The notes beneath the pieces were generated by a model. That model did not search any database. It had not been told where the DNA came from and worked only from the letters and a program-made list of their open reading frames with translations. From a virus: 64,000 bases of DNA. The translations under genes were made by a program, and so were the position numbers. How positions within the stretch are numbered: position 1 is the stretch's first letter; each line of letters starts with the position of its first letter. The DNA lies in the IMG/VR virus record IMGVR_UViG_3300027815_000003, positions 64,001-128,000 of that record; one strand, written 5' to 3'. Positions 46,461 through 56,510 of the stretch are shown in pieces.

Positions 46461-47237
46461 TTATACAGCAGCAATAGTGATAGAGGAAAAGGTATTAAAA
46501 GTTAGTTCTATATCAAAAATAACATCAGCAGCATTAGCTATTACACCAGAATAGGAAATAGCAGCAGATATTTCAACTACTTGCTCTGAAATTTCAGCGG
46601 TAGTAATTACTAAAGTTGATAATGTTGGATATGAACCATCTGCTTTTGACGTGGCTACAGCAGTTTCAGAAACCACTTTAACTGCTGATGTGACACCAAC
46701 AGGAGCGCCACCTCCATCACCAGCAACAGCCCTAACAAAATGATAAATACCATTTAATAATGATTGACCAAAAGATCCAACATCACCATCAGTAGATTGT
46801 CTTGCTATTGCCGTAGCATCTATATTTATTTTATAAATACCAGATCCAAGATTAGTCCCAGACGGTGTTGTAACTCTAAATATAGGAGTTACGGCAGCAT
46901 TATCTAAGCCAGTTTTCTTAATAGTTACTCTATATAATCTAGTATCACGAATAATTTGCCCATTGATCGTAGGGGATGTTAATGTTTTTGTAGATAATGA
47001 TTGTGATCCTGTTAAATTAACTATAGTATCTGTAGATGCAGGGATAGTAATGGTTGCAGCAGCATCAGTAGCTTTAGCTAATTGTAATAAATTGCTCCCA
47101 CTATCCATTTCTCCTAAACGTCCAGTGGTAACAAGAACTGCTCCATTTCTTTGTACTCTTCCTGTCACGGACGGATTAGCAGCTTTATCTGCAAATTGTA
47201 AATAATCTATATTAGAGGTTCTACCTACTCTCCCCAT
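46461..47237 (-). CDS. Fibre-like virion protein
   Basis: TIVNLTGSQSLSTKTLTSPTIN fibre motif. Confidence 0.55.
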   Translation of the reverse strand: MGRVGRTSNIDYLQFADKAANPSVTGRVQRNGAVLVTTGRLGEMDSGSNLLQLAKATDAAATITIPASTDTIVNLTGSQSLSTKTLTSPTINGQIIRDTRLYRVTIKKTGLDNAAVTPIFRVTTPSGTNLGSGIYKINIDATAIARQSTDGDVGSFGQSLLNGIYHFVRAVAGDGGGAPVGVTSAVKVVSETAVATSKADGSYPTLSTLVITTAEISEQVVEISAAISYSGVIANAADVIFDIELTFNTFSSITIAAV

Positions 47238-47246
47238 ATTTTACTC

Positions 47247-48338
47247 CTATTCAATAACTTGTGTCACGATATTAAAATCAATATCACGAGCAGCAGCTTC
47301 GTCTACATTTTCTTGATAACTTAATTTCCAATGTTGATTGGTTACGAAATCAACATCAAAAGCTCTTTCGTCCCCAGCACTAACTGTTACTGGTATCGTA
47401 GCATAAAGATCATATGTTACACCATCGATCTTCCTATAAATTCTAAATGTGCCAGTTTGTGTCATATTCTGATTAGAAAATTCTAACCAAATATGTCTGC
47501 GAGTTGTTACTGCATCTGTAACAACATCCTGTTCGGCCCCAGCATCTAAATAAGAATAAGGCCCAGTTGTTTCTGCAGTATCTGTTAATTCTGAAACATA
47601 TCTTAGTCCTTCTGCTAAACTTATTCCATTTCCAGGTGCAGCACCAGAAGGGTATGTCGTTATCCCTGCACCAGCTAAAACATCTGATAAATCTTCTAAT
47701 ACCTGTTCAATATTTGTTCTTACAGAGCCGCCAGGATTTACAGTAGAAGAATAAGCTGCACCAGAAGCAGCAATATATGTTGCTAATTGTGCTAAAGCTG
47801 TATCTAAATCAGTTCTTGTTGCCCCTTGTATTGTTGGGTTAAAAACATTTGCACCATCTGCACCAAATACAACGGATAAATCTTCTAAAACTTGTTCAAA
47901 ATTATCTCTAGCTGCATTACCATTTATTTGTATAGATAATGCCGCACCTGCTGCAGCAAAATATGTTGCAAGAGAATTAAACATTGTCTCTACATCAGTT
48001 CTTGCTCCACCAGCTATAGTAGCACTAAAAGCATCTGCTGAAAATCTAAGTAATATCCGACGTAATTTTGCTAAAGCTGAAGTGGTAGCTATATCAGCTA
48101 ATGTATCAGAAGTGGCTGCATCAGCCATATCACCTAAATCAGCTTGTACCGCATCAATGGCAGCATCAGCTACAACTAATTCATCCCGAATATTTTCTAA
48201 ACTGTCGGTAGTTGACGAGTAAGTTTCTGATGTCGGACTACCATTTACAGTAGCCCCTTTATTTTTAATTAAAGAAAGTGCTTTTTTAAGTTCTGCATCC
48301 ATGTTATTTATTTTTCTCCATTGTCTTTTACCATCCAA
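47247..48338 (-). CDS. Virion fibre protein sharing a helical module with the 1544-aa protein
   Basis: DTLADIATTSALAKLRRILLRFSADAFSATI; C-terminal beta-sandwich. Confidence 0.6.
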   Translation of the reverse strand: MDGKRQWRKINNMDAELKKALSLIKNKGATVNGSPTSETYSSTTDSLENIRDELVVADAAIDAVQADLGDMADAATSDTLADIATTSALAKLRRILLRFSADAFSATIAGGARTDVETMFNSLATYFAAAGAALSIQINGNAARDNFEQVLEDLSVVFGADGANVFNPTIQGATRTDLDTALAQLATYIAASGAAYSSTVNPGGSVRTNIEQVLEDLSDVLAGAGITTYPSGAAPGNGISLAEGLRYVSELTDTAETTGPYSYLDAGAEQDVVTDAVTTRRHIWLEFSNQNMTQTGTFRIYRKIDGVTYDLYATIPVTVSAGDERAFDVDFVTNQHWKLSYQENVDEAAARDIDFNIVTQVIE

Positions 48339-48364
48339 CCATCCTTACAATGGGTTGTAATTAT

Positions 48365-48784
48365 TTATACTCCAGGAAATCCAGGTGGGACTAACATAGC
48401 ATAAGAAACATATTTTGCCCGCCATGCATTTACTAAATCTTGTGTTTCTTTTAATGTTTTTGAACCATTTCTAAAATCATTTTCTAATTTTGCCATTTCT
48501 TCTAAAGCTATAGTTAGTTCATCTTTAGTTTTAACTGTTACTGGTGCAACTAAAACTGGTTCTGTAGGTTTTATTTCTTCTTTATTAATAGGATTAGTTG
48601 TTATTTTAGCCCCATCCATATAGGCTTCACCTAATATCCAGGCAATTATAGCACCAACAACACCTAATACTGTAGTTGTATCTAAATTCCAACCTAATTG
48701 TTCATTTAATACTGGTACAACAGCAGCAACTAAAGCAAACCAAAATTTTCTTGATTTTACTGTTTCCATTAATTTTTCATTCAT
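48365..48784 (-). CDS. Holin-like protein
   Basis: KSRKFWFALVA + two TM helices, then soluble tail. Confidence 0.65.
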   Translation of the reverse strand: MNEKLMETVKSRKFWFALVAAVVPVLNEQLGWNLDTTTVLGVVGAIIAWILGEAYMDGAKITTNPINKEEIKPTEPVLVAPVTVKTKDELTIALEEMAKLENDFRNGSKTLKETQDLVNAWRAKYVSYAMLVPPGFPGV

Positions 48785-48796
48785 TGTTATTTCTCC

Positions 48797-48961
48797 TTAT
48801 TTTTTCTTTAACAATTGTTTGAATAAATAAAACTTATTCATAGATTGATATTTGCTTTGTGCAACGGCCCAAGCAGATTCTTCTTTTGTTTTTCCTTCTT
48901 GTGGTTTAAAATCAGGATCTTCCATTAGCGCATCTTTTATTTTTTCTACTTCTTTGGGCAT
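48797..48961 (-). CDS. 54-aa ChaB-like protein (not in track)
   Basis: MPKEVEKIKDALMEDP...KEESAWAVAQSKY. Confidence 0.5.
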   Translation of the reverse strand: MPKEVEKIKDALMEDPDFKPQEGKTKEESAWAVAQSKYQSMNKFYLFKQLLKKK

Positions 48962-48978
48962 TAATATAATTCCTATAA

Positions 48979-49152
48979 TTAACCGCTTAAATGACTTAAT
49001 TCATCTTTAAGAACTTGTTTTTCGCCATCTTGGATATTATGAATATAGTCACAAGAATGGCAATTTATTTCTGTTCTTCCTTTTATTTCATCTTCAAATA
49101 TAACTTTTATATGGTCATTTGTACAGGTAAATTTATAAATTATAATATCCAT
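48979..49152 (-). CDS. 57-aa Zn-ribbon microprotein (not in track)
   Basis: FTCTNDH...NCHSC; abuts upstream stop. Confidence 0.5.
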   Translation of the reverse strand: MDIIIYKFTCTNDHIKVIFEDEIKGRTEINCHSCDYIHNIQDGEKQVLKDELSHLSG

Positions 49153-49647
49153 CTAAAATTCTTCTTTTACTATACTAACTACTACATCAGTTATATTTAC
49201 ATTAGAAACTGCAAATCCAGAATTTAACCATTTTATTGCTTCAAAAAGTCCACGAAACATAGAACCTAACTGTGCAGTTCCTGTAGGCGGTGTATATTTT
49301 AATTCCACCTCATTAATAGAAGGATCGTAAGTTAATAATACTGTGGAACCCGTTCTACTTATTTCTAATATATGTTTCCCAGAATTTGTAATTTCTTTAG
49401 AAATTTTTTGTGTTCCATTAATTATTGGATTCCCATTATATTGATTTTTAACCAACAATATCCATTTTCTAAACATTATTTGAGCTATTATAAATTCATC
49501 TACTGTAAATCCTATTTTATCTCCTTCTAAAATATCTACTGTACTTGGACTATTTTTATTATAATAATATTTTATCCTTTTATCATGTTTATCCATAAGT
49601 AAACTTGTGTAATCTGTATGTGTTTCTGTTGTATAAATAACATGCAT
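49153..49647 (-). CDS. Hypothetical protein
   Basis: ORF track. Confidence 0.5.
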   Translation of the reverse strand: MHVIYTTETHTDYTSLLMDKHDKRIKYYYNKNSPSTVDILEGDKIGFTVDEFIIAQIMFRKWILLVKNQYNGNPIINGTQKISKEITNSGKHILEISRTGSTVLLTYDPSINEVELKYTPPTGTAQLGSMFRGLFEAIKWLNSGFAVSNVNITDVVVSIVKEEF

Positions 49648-49648
49648 A

Positions 49649-52600
49649 TTAAGACTCTATAATTCTAAATGGAATTGTTTTCGCAGGTGTATCGTCAACC
49701 GCCACGTTAGCTTGAATAGTGAGTCTCACAAAACTTGCACCCTCTATTACAAAACCACTTACAGTTGGCATAACATCGTCTGTTCCCACTAAGAAATCAT
49801 ATCTATCTATAGTTCTAAGATTAGAGCCATCTATCATAAATTTTAATCTAATTACTATAGTTCCAACATAACCATCATCTATAAGTGTTTGTAAATCAAA
49901 TAAAGCTGCGATTCTCCCTAATTTAGTTGGTGTATAATTGACAACTGTTTGCTCAACAGTTGTCATTGCTGCCGTTAATGTAAATGGTGAACCAGTTGTG
50001 TCGGTTTTACCTCTTATTTCTTCTAATCTTTCAAGTACAGAACCATCGCCATTTTCAACTATGTTTGTGGATGCAAAAGCATTATTAGCATTATCTGCTC
50101 CGATTGCACCCAATACACTTGTCGCACTATCAGTTACAACAGAACCAGTTGTACCTAATGCCGTAACTAAACTTGGTGTACCATCAATTTCAAATCCGCC
50201 ACCAGCACCAGAAGCAACGATTCCTAAGCCAGCTATTAAATCTCTAAGTAAAGATATTACAGAAGCAGTAGCAGCTACTGTTACAGCATCATCTCTTTGT
50301 CCAACAGTTGTTAATAGTGAATCGTCTGGATCTGCGGGTGTGGCTCCTACTCTTTCTAAAATTGCTTTAAGGTGAGCAATTACTGAGTCTGTACCTGGTG
50401 CCAAATTCATAGCAGGAATAGAATCAGATTTATTTCCAATTACATGCGCTGTAGTTGTATTATTTGCTCCATTTGCGGCAGGAACTAATGCTGCTTCAGC
50501 AGTTACTATAATATAAGTAACTAATCCTGGTGCTGCTGTAAATGGCTCTTCGGCATCTAATGTAAATACTCCAGTCCCAGTAGTAAAAGAAGTCATAAGA
50601 CGTGGTTGAAAAGCTACTGCACCAGTTAATGGAATTAATATACATCCTTTGAAATAATCACTAGCTTTTGCTGCTTGTCCAGTATCGGCAGGAACAGTTG
50701 TAGAAGACGTTGTAAATGTACCAGTCCCAACTATAATACCAGAAGAAATAGCTTCTAGTCTTTCTAGTACAGAACCATCTATATTAGCGACTATGTTTGT
50801 AGATGCAAATGAATTATCAGCCGTATCTTCACCTATAGATTCAGAAGCATGTCTTAATACTTCGGCTATAGATACACCATTTCCTGCTACAACTCTTGTG
50901 GGGAACGTAGTTATACCAGTAGTGCCAGCTAACATATCAGCAAAATCTTCTAATGTTTGCTCTAGATTATCCTTTGCTGTTCCCCCAGGATTTGCAGTAA
51001 CAGACCATGCTGCACCAGCACTTGACAAATAATTTGAAAGTCCTTGCATCATGTTTTCTACGTCTGTTCTTGCGACACCTTGAATTGTCGCTGAAAAAGC
51101 ATCAGAAGAAAATCTAAGTAACAATCTTCTTAATTTTGCCTGTATTGATGTAGTTGTTACATCGGCTAATGTATCAGCAGTAGCGGTATCATCTCTTTGC
51201 CCTAAATTAGTTAATACTGAATCATCTGGATCTGCAGGAGTTGCCCCGATTCTTTCTAGAATTGCTTTTGCGTGTGCAACTATAGAATCATTACCAGGAG
51301 CAAGATTCATTGCAGGAATAGCATCTGTTTTATTCCCGATTACATGGGGTGTCGTTGTATTAGCGGTAGAATCAGCAGCAGGTACTAATGGATATTTAAA
51401 ATGAATTATAATATAATCTACTAATCCTGGAACTGCTGTAAATGGAAGTTCAGAATCTAATGTAAATACTCCACCAATATTAGCAAAATCAACAATAGTT
51501 CTTGCTTGGCCTAATATAGCCCCAGACAAAGGTATAATTAAATCTCCATTAAAGTAATCATTTGCTTCTGTTCGTCCAGTATCAGCAGGAACTGTCGCAG
51601 AAGATGTGGTAAATGTACCTTTTACGGCAATAAGTGATTGCCATAATGTTCCACCAGTCCCATCTTCTTCAAATCCTGTAGCTGTTCCAGCATCAGTTAT
51701 TCCATGTGCATTTATTATAGCCGCTAATCTTTGAATAACAGAAGCGTCTCTATTTCCAGTAGTTGTAGTAATACTTGCATCAGCAGAACTATTATTTACT
51801 AAAGCGTCCCATAAATCTGGATCACCATCTAATTCAAATTCACCACCACCAGCAGCATTTACAGAAAGTGCGGCTTCAATAGCTCTTAGTCTAGCAATAA
51901 CAGATGCACTACCCGCAGTTACTAATGCCGCATCAGATTTATTTCCTACAACGTGCGCTGAAGTTGAATTACTTGTTGCATCTGCTGTTGGAACTAATGG
52001 ATATTGGAAATAAAGTAATACATATTCATCACCAACTGCAGGCGCAGAGGTAAATGTATTTTGAGGATCAATTGTAAAAATACCACCAGCATTAGCAAAA
52101 TCAACTACAACTCTAGGTTGGAATATTGCTACTCCAGTAGTAGGCATTATTATTACGCCATTCCAATAATTATCTCCTTCTAATCTTCCTGTATCTGCTG
52201 GAACTGTTGTACTAGATGTCGTAAATGTCCCGCTACCTAAAATAGAAGTAGAAAGTAATTGATCTATTGCACCAGAACCAATATAATATTTCCAATTATC
52301 AAAATCTACTACTGCAGTTTGTGCATCAGCAGTTCCACCAGATTCAGCATAAAGATATGCACTGGTTGTTGAAGACATATCCCCTGTAGCGTCTTCATAT
52401 TGAGTAAGTTTTACCCATTGTTGATTAGGATATTGTGTTAGAGAATAAAATATATTCCATACATTATTATATCTTTCTATTTTGAAAGCAACGGCATTAT
52501 CAGTTACCGCAGCGGTTATAGTAGATTGAGGAACGCCCATAAATTCTGCTCTAGCTACTATTCTATCTACAGCATTACTTACTTCTCTAGCTACTAAAAT

Positions 52601-54283
52601 ATAATTAGCAGGATCGTCAACATCACTAGCAGAAATTCTTAATCCTGCATAAGTTGATGTAGCTTGTCCAGCATTTAATGTTACATCTGCATCTACAACT
52701 ACAGAATAATACTTTGAATAAAAAGGTTCATCACGTTTTAATGCATAAGCTGCTTGTGTTGGTGTGGCATCTGGATCTACAGAAACTCTTGCTTGACCAG
52801 CAGTGGTTGTATTAATATTTGCACTACCACCTTCAGTACCAGCAGCAGAACCATCAGAATTTGCGATATATCCTACATCCCAACGTTCATTATTTCCGTC
52901 TGCATCAGCAAAATCAAAATCATCATAATCTGCTAGTACCCAACGTTGTAATTCTTTAGAAAGCTCTGGTTCAAATGTTACATTGGCAATTAATCTTGAT
53001 GTTTCTAATATTGTTTGTTCAACAAGAATTACAGCAGCACTAGCAGCAGTTGTATAATTATTTGCCAGGTTGCCTGTAAATGTTATTTGTGTTGGTGAAT
53101 CAATACTTAAAACAGTAAGCCATTCTGTGTCTGGTGTAGAATCATATAATCTTACTTGTTGCCCAACTTGGAATAAAGCAGCGTTAGTAACAGCAATAAC
53201 AGCCTGCCCAGCAGAAGCATTTGCAGTTAATGTAGTTGCAGTATCAGTATCATTATATATACTTCCACCACTAAAAGTAACAATAATTTGATCCCCTGGT
53301 TGCCAATTATCTTCTAACGGCGTATAGGAGATATAAATAAATCCAGCACTTTCAGATGCAGCAGAAGAAGCTACTATATTGGTAGTAGTCCCATTTCTTA
53401 CTCGATCAATTGTATAATTACCAGGAACAATTTCTCCAGTGGTAGGTATACCTTGTTCAGCAGTCCCTTTTAGTTCAAGTCCGAAAGTATAAGTATTATT
53501 TAAATAAGCGGTATGTGGTTGAGATTTAGAAAATTGTTCAGTTGTCCCAATTAATTGTTGTACCTGAAAAGAAAGTTTTCTTAATTTACTATGTAAACTT
53601 CCATCCGCCCCATCATCCGTCGCAGGTTCGTTCCCAAACCCGATCCCGTCCAATAAGCTATATTCGTAAAAAAATCTTATATCGTCAAATCTAAATGTTA
53701 TAGTATCTGTTAGGTTCCTAAAAGAAAACTGATCAATTAATTCTGGATTCCATGCTGTAGCACCTTCTGCAACTGGCCCAGATCTACTCTCTGTGTTTAG
53801 GAAACCACCACCAGTTAGTGCAGATGTAGAGCCAGAATATAAATCAATTATAAAATCTGTAGTTTTATTTTGAGCAACAGTAAATTGCCATTCTTTATAA
53901 AGAGTAGCATCACTAGCATCAGCAAGACGGACACGAATAGTTTGATTACCTGTAGAAGCTATACCTTTGAAAACAACATAGCGAATTCGTCCAGTATTAC
54001 TACCGACTGGAAAACCAAAGAAATTATTTGAGATAGAACGTGTAAGAGTCCCAGTTCCACCAGCAACAATGACTTCTACTGATTTACGTCCTTTAACCGC
54101 ATTTGCGGCAGTTGTTAACGTTCTTGTACCGTTAGTTACAGACCAAACAGCTTGTATTGCTGCATCATCAGCGTAACTCTCAAAATCATCAAATATTCTA
54201 GCTATTGTTCCTCTAGCTACAGCATCTAAACCTGCTATAGAAGAAACTGGCGCAAAAACTTCTTTCCACTCTAACTGGGGCAT
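49649..54283 (-). CDS. 1544-aa modular virion fibre/adhesin-like protein
   Basis: N-terminal lectin-like domains; three GTFTTSSxTVPADTG repeats; C-terminal beta-sandwich. Confidence 0.7.
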   Translation of the reverse strand: MPQLEWKEVFAPVSSIAGLDAVARGTIARIFDDFESYADDAAIQAVWSVTNGTRTLTTAANAVKGRKSVEVIVAGGTGTLTRSISNNFFGFPVGSNTGRIRYVVFKGIASTGNQTIRVRLADASDATLYKEWQFTVAQNKTTDFIIDLYSGSTSALTGGGFLNTESRSGPVAEGATAWNPELIDQFSFRNLTDTITFRFDDIRFFYEYSLLDGIGFGNEPATDDGADGSLHSKLRKLSFQVQQLIGTTEQFSKSQPHTAYLNNTYTFGLELKGTAEQGIPTTGEIVPGNYTIDRVRNGTTTNIVASSAASESAGFIYISYTPLEDNWQPGDQIIVTFSGGSIYNDTDTATTLTANASAGQAVIAVTNAALFQVGQQVRLYDSTPDTEWLTVLSIDSPTQITFTGNLANNYTTAASAAVILVEQTILETSRLIANVTFEPELSKELQRWVLADYDDFDFADADGNNERWDVGYIANSDGSAAGTEGGSANINTTTAGQARVSVDPDATPTQAAYALKRDEPFYSKYYSVVVDADVTLNAGQATSTYAGLRISASDVDDPANYILVAREVSNAVDRIVARAEFMGVPQSTITAAVTDNAVAFKIERYNNVWNIFYSLTQYPNQQWVKLTQYEDATGDMSSTTSAYLYAESGGTADAQTAVVDFDNWKYYIGSGAIDQLLSTSILGSGTFTTSSTTVPADTGRLEGDNYWNGVIIMPTTGVAIFQPRVVVDFANAGGIFTIDPQNTFTSAPAVGDEYVLLYFQYPLVPTADATSNSTSAHVVGNKSDAALVTAGSASVIARLRAIEAALSVNAAGGGEFELDGDPDLWDALVNNSSADASITTTTGNRDASVIQRLAAIINAHGITDAGTATGFEEDGTGGTLWQSLIAVKGTFTTSSATVPADTGRTEANDYFNGDLIIPLSGAILGQARTIVDFANIGGVFTLDSELPFTAVPGLVDYIIIHFKYPLVPAADSTANTTTPHVIGNKTDAIPAMNLAPGNDSIVAHAKAILERIGATPADPDDSVLTNLGQRDDTATADTLADVTTTSIQAKLRRLLLRFSSDAFSATIQGVARTDVENMMQGLSNYLSSAGAAWSVTANPGGTAKDNLEQTLEDFADMLAGTTGITTFPTRVVAGNGVSIAEVLRHASESIGEDTADNSFASTNIVANIDGSVLERLEAISSGIIVGTGTFTTSSTTVPADTGQAAKASDYFKGCILIPLTGAVAFQPRLMTSFTTGTGVFTLDAEEPFTAAPGLVTYIIVTAEAALVPAANGANNTTTAHVIGNKSDSIPAMNLAPGTDSVIAHLKAILERVGATPADPDDSLLTTVGQRDDAVTVAATASVISLLRDLIAGLGIVASGAGGGFEIDGTPSLVTALGTTGSVVTDSATSVLGAIGADNANNAFASTNIVENGDGSVLERLEEIRGKTDTTGSPFTLTAAMTTVEQTVVNYTPTKLGRIAALFDLQTLIDDGYVGTIVIRLKFMIDGSNLRTIDRYDFLVGTDDVMPTVSGFVIEGASFVRLTIQANVAVDDTPAKTIPFRIIES

Positions 54284-54284
54284 A

Positions 54285-54698
54285 TTATTTACCTCTTATT
54301 ATTTCTTGGAATCTTTCCATAGCCGTTTTTGGATATTTTTGTGTATCCTCGTGTATTTCTGGTTCCTCAAAGTATTTTTTTCTTTCTGGTTTGGGAGGAA
54401 ACTCAAAATCTCTATTTGGTAATAGAGTTGTATTTGGGGTTATTTCTCTTGGATCTACAATAAACGGAGATGGTGTAGATTGTTTTTTAACCTGATAATT
54501 AATAGGTTGGAATAGTTTTCTATTTTTGCTATGTGTATGAAATTTAGGAGCATCATGTTTTACTAAATTTAGAGCTTCATCATTTCTTTTAGATTGTCTA
54601 TATCTATTCCATGCCATTTCCCAGACCTTCTCATTATCATTTTCAAAGTCTGGGTTTTGGATAAAAACTAAATAAATATTTTTTACTATTGCGTTCAT
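54285..54698 (-). CDS. Hypothetical protein, possibly near-leaderless
   Basis: ATG 11 nt below a -10 box; no SD. Confidence 0.55.
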   Translation of the reverse strand: MNAIVKNIYLVFIQNPDFENDNEKVWEMAWNRYRQSKRNDEALNLVKHDAPKFHTHSKNRKLFQPINYQVKKQSTPSPFIVDPREITPNTTLLPNRDFEFPPKPERKKYFEEPEIHEDTQKYPKTAMERFQEIIRGK

Positions 54699-54708
54699 TT
54701 CTATTTAT

Positions 54709-54737
54709 ATTATACCATAAAAATTATGATTTATCAA
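54709..54737 (-). promoter_or_regulatory. sigma70/sigmaA promoter inside structural module
   Basis: TTGATA-17-TATAAT with TG. Confidence 0.75.
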
Positions 54738-55176
54738 AACTTTCTAATATCTTTTTAACTTCCTCTTTTTTCTTTTCTCTTTTTTTACCAACAGGGAGAC
54801 TATTAATATCTATATCCCCAAAATCTTCATGGAAGATATTAACAATTTCTTTCATTATTTTTATTTTAAGCGGAATTCCAATATTTTCATTATTTATTTT
54901 TGCATTACTTTGTGCTATTTCTCTCAATAAAATAATATCTTTTATATCTAATTCTACTTCTATTTCTTCTAAATGATTTTCATCACATTCTAAATAACCT
55001 TTACTTATTTTATATATTAATTCTAAAGAAGTAATAACAGAAGAATCTCCACTTCTAAATTTAAGAGATTCTTCTGTAACTAAATTAAAATATTCTTCTT
55101 CGTCTTCCGCCAGATCAAATAAACTTAATGTAATTTTATCATCTATGTAAAGTAACTCATTTTTTGTTAATATCAT
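54724..55176 (-). CDS. Hypothetical protein, paralog of 41932..42387
   Basis: LTKNELLYIDDKITL / LLRE / IGIPLKIKI. Confidence 0.65.
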   Translation of the reverse strand: MILTKNELLYIDDKITLSLFDLAEDEEEYFNLVTEESLKFRSGDSSVITSLELIYKISKGYLECDENHLEEIEVELDIKDIILLREIAQSNAKINNENIGIPLKIKIMKEIVNIFHEDFGDIDINSLPVGKKREKKKEEVKKILESFDKS

Positions 55177-56108
55177 TATGCTAATTGTCCATAATGTACT
55201 CCGCGAACTACACCATAGACTCTAGGTGTTTCACCAGAATTTACATTAATAAAACTTATATTATTTTTTATATGGATATTGTCTTCCCAAAAATCAGTTC
55301 CAGCACGAATATATCTTCCTATGGTGGAGCTTGCAGTCTGGTCTTCTATTAGATAAATATCACCAGTAGTATGAAGTGTATATCCTCTTACTTGTACTAA
55401 TCCTTTACGTCTATAACTTTCAGATGCATGTGCCGTTCCATACCAAGCGCAATTAATGGCGGTAGAGCCATCAAAATATGCAGTTGGGACACTTTGTTCA
55501 AGTATTTCAACCTGAAAAGCATCTGCATAAAAATTAGTATTATGTTGTGCAGATGTTACTACGTATATCCTATATGTAGCTGGATCTCTACTAGCTAAAT
55601 CTATAGAAGCCTGAGATCGTTGCCAAGAGGCAGCTAATGTAATAGTATTCCCATTACTAATTGTTGTCCCAGAAGAATCAGCAATAACTATTCTTGCACC
55701 ATTTCCACTTCCAGCATTATCATTTAAATAAACTGACGCGACTAATTGTTTTCTTCTACTGACATTTCTCCCCATCGTAGGTGTAGTCCAATAAAACCCT
55801 TCGCCAGCAGCAGCATTATCTGGATTTACTAAAATAGAATTTGTCCCGTTTCTTGCTACTACAGTAGATTGTGATATAGCAGAGCCAACTAAAGTATATC
55901 CAGTTGGTGGATTGCTAGTTTCAAAAGATGGATTTGTCGCTATATTAATAGATGGTCTAGCGGTATCTATTGTAAATAAATTTTGTGCTGTCCCAGCAGT
56001 TGTCAAAGTTGCATCAACTGGAGAGGCTTTTGTATAAATATGTAATGCATCTCTTGGAGTAGGATCTATTTCCCAAGATTCATAAACTTCTATATTATCG
56101 TTAACCAT
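55176..56108 (-). CDS. Virion protein with carbohydrate-binding-like domain
   Basis: NIATNPSFET...W...FYADAFQVE...YFDGS. Confidence 0.65.
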   Translation of the reverse strand: MVNDNIEVYESWEIDPTPRDALHIYTKASPVDATLTTAGTAQNLFTIDTARPSINIATNPSFETSNPPTGYTLVGSAISQSTVVARNGTNSILVNPDNAAAGEGFYWTTPTMGRNVSRRKQLVASVYLNDNAGSGNGARIVIADSSGTTISNGNTITLAASWQRSQASIDLASRDPATYRIYVVTSAQHNTNFYADAFQVEILEQSVPTAYFDGSTAINCAWYGTAHASESYRRKGLVQVRGYTLHTTGDIYLIEDQTASSTIGRYIRAGTDFWEDNIHIKNNISFINVNSGETPRVYGVVRGVHYGQLA

Positions 56109-56111
56109 CGT

Positions 56112-56510
56112 TTATATCCCTTTACCACTTCTTACCATAGCTACTGCTAATCCTATAATTGCCGCTAAAGTGGCGAAAACGACAGAAATAATAATTGTTA
56201 ATTTACCATCATTAGAAGAAACTTCCTTTTCTATTTCATTTATCTTTATGTCTGTTTTATCTAATTTGTCATGTAAAATTTTTGCATCTTCTTTTACATG
56301 GTGGAGATCATTTGTTTCTATTTTTTCTAATTTCTTTTCTATTCTGTTTATACTTTCTGTTTGTAATGTTGTTATTTTTTCTAATTCATTGAACTTAGAA
56401 TTGATTAGATCGTTTGTCTCTATTTTTTCTAATTTCTTTTCGAGGCGGTCAATTGTTTCTTTAACCATATTAGGCCGTTCTCCTTTTTTATAATTACCAG
56501 CCCAACACAA
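56112..56510 (-). CDS. Coiled-coil protein with C-terminal TM helix
   Basis: EKKLEKIETNDL twice; hydrophobic C-terminus. Confidence 0.6.
   Translation of the reverse strand: MCWAGNYKKGERPNMVKETIDRLEKKLEKIETNDLINSKFNELEKITTLQTESINRIEKKLEKIETNDLHHVKEDAKILHDKLDKTDIKINEIEKEVSSNDGKLTIIISVVFATLAAIIGLAVAMVRSGKGI

Noticed and set aside
47247-54283. Diversity-generating retroelement acting on fibre genes
   Set aside because: No reverse transcriptase and no TR/VR pair differing only at adenines
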